Assembly: GCA_001899775.1 (NCBI GenBank)
Contig: MKWN01000028.1
Span: 15,612 to 79,611, forward strand
DNA: 64,000 bases
Reading direction: 5' to 3'
From: Thiobacillus sp. 65-29
GTDB taxonomy: Bacteria; Pseudomonadota; Gammaproteobacteria; Burkholderiales; Thiobacillaceae
Shown here: one piece after another, positions 59,424-64,000 of the stretch
Position numbering within the stretch: the first letter of the stretch is position 1
Layout of the letters: every line of letters starts with the position of its first letter
Notes under the pieces: model-generated
Told to the model about the DNA's origin: nothing
Seen by the model: the letters and a program-made list of their open reading frames with translations, nothing else
Database searches by the model: none
Translations under genes and position numbers: made by a program

Positions 59424-60064
59424 CTCGGGACGAAGCGCACGTGGTCGCCCGGACGCAGCAATGCGGGCGCGTCGCGCGCCGCGTCGAACAACACGCTGTC
59501 GGTGTGGCCGATCAACTGCCAGCCGCCCGGGCCTGGGGCGGGATAGATCCCGGCGTAGACGCCGCCGACCGCCACGCTGCCGGCGGGCACGCGAACCCGC
59601 GGCGAGGCGCGCCGGCGCGCGTGCAACGCGGACGGCAGGCCCCGCAGGTAGGGAAAGCCCGGCTGAAAGCCGAGGAAGGCGACCGTGTAGATCGCCGCCG
59701 CGTGGCTGTCTATATAGTCATCCACCGCGAGCCGGGCTTGCCGCGCCAGCGCCGGCAGATCCGGCCCCGCCGCCCCACCGTACGCGACCGCGATCTCGTG
59801 CAGCGTGTCACCACGCGCCGCAGCCCCCGGCAGCGGGGCTTGCAGCGCCGCGCACAACCCCGGCGAGAGCGCCGCACCGCGCCGCAAGATCAGCAACAGG
59901 CTGCCATCTGCGGGGATAATGTCCTCTATTTCCGCAAATTCGCACGCCAGCAACGCATCGAAGCGCGCCAGCGTCGCCGCCCCGGTCGGCACCCGCAGGC
60001 CGCGCTCGCCGACCCAGCGCCAGTCGGGTGCGGCGGACGGTTGACCGGTGCTGTCCTTTGCCAT
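59420..60064 (-). CDS. pxpB: 5-oxoprolinase subunit B
   Basis: [36 protein letters not shown]. Confidence 0.9.
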   Translation of the reverse strand: MAKDSTGQPSAAPDWRWVGERGLRVPTGAATLARFDALLACEFAEIEDIIPADGSLLLILRRGAALSPGLCAALQAPLPGAAARGDTLHEIAVAYGGAAGPDLPALARQARLAVDDYIDSHAAAIYTVAFLGFQPGFPYLRGLPSALHARRRASPRVRVPAGSVAVGGVYAGIYPAPGPGGWQLIGHTDSVLFDAARDAPALLRPGDHVRFVPR

Positions 60065-60092
60065 AGGGTGAAGCCCCTTTCCGGAGTTTTGC

Positions 60093-60806
60093 ATGGTGCG
60101 CGTGTTCGTCGTTGCAGTGTGGTGGGCGGCAAGTGTCCTGGCAAGTCCGGCGCTGGCCGCCATGAGCGCCACCAACCCCGCCATGCAGCACAACCTCGAC
60201 AGCCGCCCGAAAAAAGTCGTGCTGCTGCCGCCACAGGTGTTCGTGTTCGAGCTGTCGGCGGGCGGCGTGCCAACCCGCATGGCGGACTGGGAAGCGCTTG
60301 CCCGCGACAACCTCGGCGGCGCCGCCCGGCGCATCGCAGAGACCGACGGGCTGTTCGAGCTGGTGCCCGTGCCGCCGCTCGCTGCCGATGAAGCCGAACA
60401 GCTCGAGGCCCACATCGGCCTGTATGACCGCGTCGCGCAATCGGTGTTCGTCTACGGTCGTGGCGAGCAGTCCGCCTGGGCGCACAAGAAAAACGAGTTC
60501 GATTACACGCTGGGCCCCGGTCTCGCCTTCCTGCGCGAACGCACCGGCGCGGACGCCGCGCTCATCGTGCTCGGCTCCGATTTCATCTCCTCGGGCGGGC
60601 GCAAGGCGGCGTTCATCGCCGGTCTCGCGCTCGGTCTCATCATGCCGCTGGGGCAATCCTTCATCACCGCAGGCATCGTCGACCTGCACACAGGCGACGT
60701 GCAGTGGATGAGCTTCGATTCGAGCAGCCGCATCGACACGCGCGACGCCGCCGACGTCGACGACCTGATGCACGCACTGTACCAGACCTGGCCGGGCCCC
60801 CGATGA
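60093..60806 (+). CDS. Secreted hypothetical protein with alpha/beta core and an internal glycine-rich hydrophobic segment
   Basis: GGAG RBS, signal peptide, [27 protein letters not shown]; ATGA overlap with the protease gene. Confidence 0.75.
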   Translation: MVRVFVVAVWWAASVLASPALAAMSATNPAMQHNLDSRPKKVVLLPPQVFVFELSAGGVPTRMADWEALARDNLGGAARRIAETDGLFELVPVPPLAADEAEQLEAHIGLYDRVAQSVFVYGRGEQSAWAHKKNEFDYTLGPGLAFLRERTGADAALIVLGSDFISSGGRKAAFIAGLALGLIMPLGQSFITAGIVDLHTGDVQWMSFDSSSRIDTRDAADVDDLMHALYQTWPGPR

Positions 60807-61945
60807 AACGCGCCACCATCCTGCTGCTGGCCGGTGTCCTCGCCTGTCCCGCGCACGCCGACGAGGTCGCGCCCTGGACCCACGTCGAGGACACCCGCGA
60901 GCTCGCCACCGCCGAGAAGAACCTGTGGCAGGAAGCCGACGAGTTCGACCGGGCGCTCGTGCGCGCCGGCAAGGTGAACACCGATCCGGCCCTCACGGCT
61001 TATTTTCAGGGCATCCTCGATCGCCTGTATCCGGAATTCCGTGGCCGCCTGACGGTGCGCCTCCTCAACGCCCCCCACATCAACGCCTTCGCCCTGCCCA
61101 ACGGCAGCCTCTACGTCAACGCCGGCCTGGTGGCGCGGTTCGAGAACGAGGCCCAGCTCGCCACCGTGCTGGCGCACGAGGGCGCGCATTTCACCCACCG
61201 CCATTCGCTGCAGCAGGCGGAACGTGTGCGCAACGCCGCCGCCTTCGCCATGGTGGTCGGCATGCTCGGCGTGCCGATGGTCGGCGACCTGCTCGCGCTG
61301 TCGTCGATGTTCGGCTATTCGCGCGAGCACGAACGCGAGGCCGACGCCGTCGGCTACCAGCGTCTGGTCGCCGCCGGCTACTCGGCGCGCGAATCCATCC
61401 GCACCTTCGAGCACCTGCAGGCCGAAGTCAAGGCCGGCGAGATCAAGGAACCCTTCTTCTTCGCCAGCCACCCGCGGCTGCAGGAACGCATCGACAACTT
61501 CAGCGAACTCGCCCGCGACGCCGCCAACGGCGAGGTGGCCCACGAGCGCTTCGTCGAGACCACGGCCGCGCTACGCCTGGCGGTGCTCGACACCGATCTC
61601 GCCGCCTACCGCTACAGGCAGGTCATCCTCGTCCTCGGCGACCCCGCGCGCCGCCGCGAATACCCTCCGCAAGCCGCCTACCATCTCGGCGAAGCCTACC
61701 GTCTGCGCGGCGAGGGCGGCGACATCGAGCGTGCCGAGCGGGAATACCTCGCCTGTGTCGAAACCGCGCCGCAGTTCGCGCCGGCGCATCGCGCCCTCGG
61801 CCTTCTGCACTACAAGCGCAACGAAGCGGCACTCGCCGTGATGCGCCTGCGCCGTTACCTCGAACTCGCCCCCGCCGCGGCCGACCGCGCCCACATCGAA
61901 ACCTACCTGACGGCGCTGGAGCATCCCGCCCCCGCCGCGCCATGA
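60803..61945 (+). CDS. M48 family metalloprotease with C-terminal TPR (BepA/YfgC-like)
   Basis: Signal peptide, INAFALPNG, LAHEGAH, YSREHEREAD, SHP; TPR-like helices. Confidence 0.9.
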   Translation: MKRATILLLAGVLACPAHADEVAPWTHVEDTRELATAEKNLWQEADEFDRALVRAGKVNTDPALTAYFQGILDRLYPEFRGRLTVRLLNAPHINAFALPNGSLYVNAGLVARFENEAQLATVLAHEGAHFTHRHSLQQAERVRNAAAFAMVVGMLGVPMVGDLLALSSMFGYSREHEREADAVGYQRLVAAGYSARESIRTFEHLQAEVKAGEIKEPFFFASHPRLQERIDNFSELARDAANGEVAHERFVETTAALRLAVLDTDLAAYRYRQVILVLGDPARRREYPPQAAYHLGEAYRLRGEGGDIERAEREYLACVETAPQFAPAHRALGLLHYKRNEAALAVMRLRRYLELAPAAADRAHIETYLTALEHPAPAAP

Positions 61946-62502
61946 CCCTGTCCCGCGTCCTTGTCGTCGCCTTCCTCGTCGCCGGCCTGGCTGCCTGCGC
62001 GCCGTGGCAGCGCATCGACCCTGCCGACCGCAGCGCGGCGAAGCGCGACGACTACACCCTCACGCTGCCCGCAGGCTGGGTCCGGCGCACCGCAGACAGC
62101 AACGATGTGTTCGTCACCCGCGACGGCCCCGCGCTCAATTACATCGTCGTCAACCGCCAGCCACACGACCGCAAGCTGCCGCGCACCCAGCGCACCACCA
62201 CGCCCGACATGCTGCCGCACGAACTGGGTGAGCTCGCCCTCGCCGAATGGCGCCGCAACGAAGCCACCGCCGACCTCCAGGTGCTGGCCAATGCACCGGC
62301 GCTGCTGGACGGCAAGCCGGCGGTGCGCGTGCACGTGCGCTACAGGAACGAGCGCGGCCTGCCGATCGAGCGGCTCATGGTCGCCCGGGTCGACGCGCGC
62401 GGACGCCTGTCGCTGCTGTACGAGGCCCCCGCCATCGTGTATTTCCAGCGCGGGCTGGCGGACTTCGAGGCCATGCTCGCGAGCCTGCGCTTCAAGCCGT
62501 AG
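61942..62502 (+). CDS. Hypothetical lipoprotein (possible PsbP/DcrB-like fold)
   Basis: Lipobox LAAC; YTLTLPAGW; LDGKPA; C-terminal F..ML.SLRF. Confidence 0.72.
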   Translation: MTLSRVLVVAFLVAGLAACAPWQRIDPADRSAAKRDDYTLTLPAGWVRRTADSNDVFVTRDGPALNYIVVNRQPHDRKLPRTQRTTTPDMLPHELGELALAEWRRNEATADLQVLANAPALLDGKPAVRVHVRYRNERGLPIERLMVARVDARGRLSLLYEAPAIVYFQRGLADFEAMLASLRFKP

Positions 62503-62512
62503 ACGCACCAGC

Positions 62513-62536
62513 AAAAAGCCCCCATCGCTTGGGGGC
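62513..62536 (-). terminator. Intrinsic terminator of the helicase gene
   Basis: Minus strand GCCCCCA-agcga-TGGGGGC-TTTTT. Confidence 0.7.
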
Positions 62537-62545
62537 CTGGCGCGA

Positions 62546-62561
62546 GGTTTCACGTGAAACA
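62546..62561. other. parS site (intergenic)
   Basis: GGTTTCACGTGAAACA. Confidence 0.88.
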
Positions 62562-62581
62562 TCAGGTGGGGTGATGGCGGA

Positions 62582-64000
62582 TCAGCCCTTGAAGCGGCCG
62601 CGCACCCCGCCCCGCGCGCCAGCGGGGCGGCCCTCGTTGCCATAGCTGCGCGCCTGACCGGCACGGGGGGCGGCGTGACCGCGGGGAGCGGAGTTGCGTG
62701 CCGCCTTGGCCTTCGCCTCGCGCTCGCGCTTTTCCCAGTATTCCACGCTGTTGCCGTTGATTTCGGCACCTCCGCGAAAACCCTCCGGGCGGTCCTCGGT
62801 CATGCGCGGCACGTCGGACGGACCGCGCATCGCCTGCTCGAAGCGCTTGCCGCGGGGAGCGTCGCCACGCGCGGGGCGGGCGTCGGCGCGATAGCCGCGG
62901 TCGCGATTGTCGCGCCCCTCGCCACGTGCCGGGCGGTCGCCATAGCTGCGCGGCTCGTTGTTCCAGCTGCGTTTTTCGCCGGAGCCCCCACGCGGGCCGC
63001 CATGGCCGCGCGGCCGGTTCGACGCCGGACGCGCCGAGGCCGGTTTCTGCGTCGGCTCCAGGCCTGGTAGCGTATGCACCTCGATGCGGTTGCCGGTGTA
63101 GCGCTCGATGGCGCGCACCAGGCCGCCTTCGCGCATGCCGACCAGGCTCACCGCGATGCCGGTGCGCCCGGCCCGGCCGGTGCGGCCGATGCGGTGGACG
63201 TAGTCCTCGGCCTGGCGCGGCAGGTCGAAGTTGATGACGTGGCTGATGCCGGCGACGTCGATGCCGCGCGCGGCGACGTCGGTCGCCACCAGCACGCGGG
63301 TGCGGCCGTCACGCAAGCGCTGCAGCGCACGATTGCGCTGCCCTTGCTGCATGTCGCCATGCAGCGAGTCGGCGGCGAAACCGCTGTCGGCCAGCAGGTC
63401 GGAAATCTCCTCCGCGCTCTTCTTGGTGGCAGCGAAGACGATGGCCTGGGTCAGCTCGACATCGCGCAGCAGCGCATCGAGCAGGCGCGTCTTGTGGTCC
63501 ATGTTGTCGGCGAACAGCAGGCGCTGTTCGATCTTGGCTTCCTGCTTCGGCGCGGCCTCGATTTCGATGCGCTCGGCGTCGCGCGTCAGTTCGCGCGCGA
63601 GATTGCCGACCACGCCATCGAGCGTGGCGGAGAACAGCAGGGTCTGGCGCTCGGCCGGGCAGCGCGCGGCAATGGCATGGATGTCGTCGACGAAGCCCAT
63701 GTCGAGCATGCGGTCGGCCTCGTCCAGCACCAACACTTCCAGGCGCGAGAAGTCGATCTTGCCGCGCTCCAGATGGTCGATGAGGCGGCCCGGCGTCGCC
63801 ACCACCACGTCGACCGGGGTCGACAGGCGCTTCAGCTGCAAGCCATAGGGCGCGCCGCCGACCAGGCAGGCGGTGCGGAAGCGGCGCAGCGCCTGGCCGT
63901 ATTTCATGGCGGACTTTTCCACCTGCAGCGCCAGTTCGCGCGTCGGCGTCAGCACCAGCACGCGCGGGCCGATGCTTTTCGCCTTCGGTTCAGCGAGCAG
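62582..64000 (-). CDS. DEAD-box RNA helicase with R/G-rich disordered tail; partial, start beyond the right edge
   Basis: PTRELA, TPGRL, DEADRMLDMGF, SAT, HRIGRTGRAG; frame open to 64000. Confidence 0.95.
   Translation of the reverse strand: MLAEPKAKSIGPRVLVLTPTRELALQVEKSAMKYGQALRRFRTACLVGGAPYGLQLKRLSTPVDVVVATPGRLIDHLERGKIDFSRLEVLVLDEADRMLDMGFVDDIHAIAARCPAERQTLLFSATLDGVVGNLARELTRDAERIEIEAAPKQEAKIEQRLLFADNMDHKTRLLDALLRDVELTQAIVFAATKKSAEEISDLLADSGFAADSLHGDMQQGQRNRALQRLRDGRTRVLVATDVAARGIDVAGISHVINFDLPRQAEDYVHRIGRTGRAGRTGIAVSLVGMREGGLVRAIERYTGNRIEVHTLPGLEPTQKPASARPASNRPRGHGGPRGGSGEKRSWNNEPRSYGDRPARGEGRDNRDRGYRADARPARGDAPRGKRFEQAMRGPSDVPRMTEDRPEGFRGGAEINGNSVEYWEKREREAKAKAARNSAPRGHAAPRAGQARSYGNEGRPAGARGGVRGRFKG

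Noticed and set aside
62582-63060. R/G-rich repetitive tail of the DEAD-box helicase as a novel domain
   Set aside because: Disordered basic C-terminal tails are normal for bacterial DEAD-box helicases.

Overview
High-GC betaproteobacterial chromosome segment; the gene content and order suggest a Thiobacillus-like organism (inference). It lies close to the replication origin: it holds the mnmG-rsmG-parA-parB-atpIBEFHAGDC block, four parS palindromes, glmU-glmS, gltBD, hemE, priA and argS-SPOR-dsbA-SDR. Accessory modules sit between these. (i) A GlrK/QseG/GlrR-like two-component system is directly followed by a glmY-type sigma54 enhancer-promoter (two perfect TGTC-N10-GACA boxes, two IHF-like sites, GG-N10-GC), which here drives a secreted EF-hand protein and a small lipoprotein instead of an sRNA. 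(ii) An mprF-acvB/virJ-mgtA operon is divergent from a stand-alone c-type heme DUF3365/Tll0287-like protein just downstream of glmS. (iii) A 6.4 kb block between atpC and glmU carries pyk, a nuclease, a hemerythrin-like protein and an SRPBCC-MMPL-periplasmic protein operon. (iv) pxpBCA is divergent from a three-gene M48 protease module. Non-coding highlights are a 27-copy heptamer array with an inverted head between atpD and atpC, a DnaA-box/IHF cluster upstream of priA, a parS site over the predicted mnmG promoter, a 29-codon ORF with a strong RBS between glmU and glmS, and an arginase that seems to need a CTG start. I found no rRNA, tRNA, CRISPR array, transposase or integrase. Product calls come from motif recognition by eye; no database searches were run.
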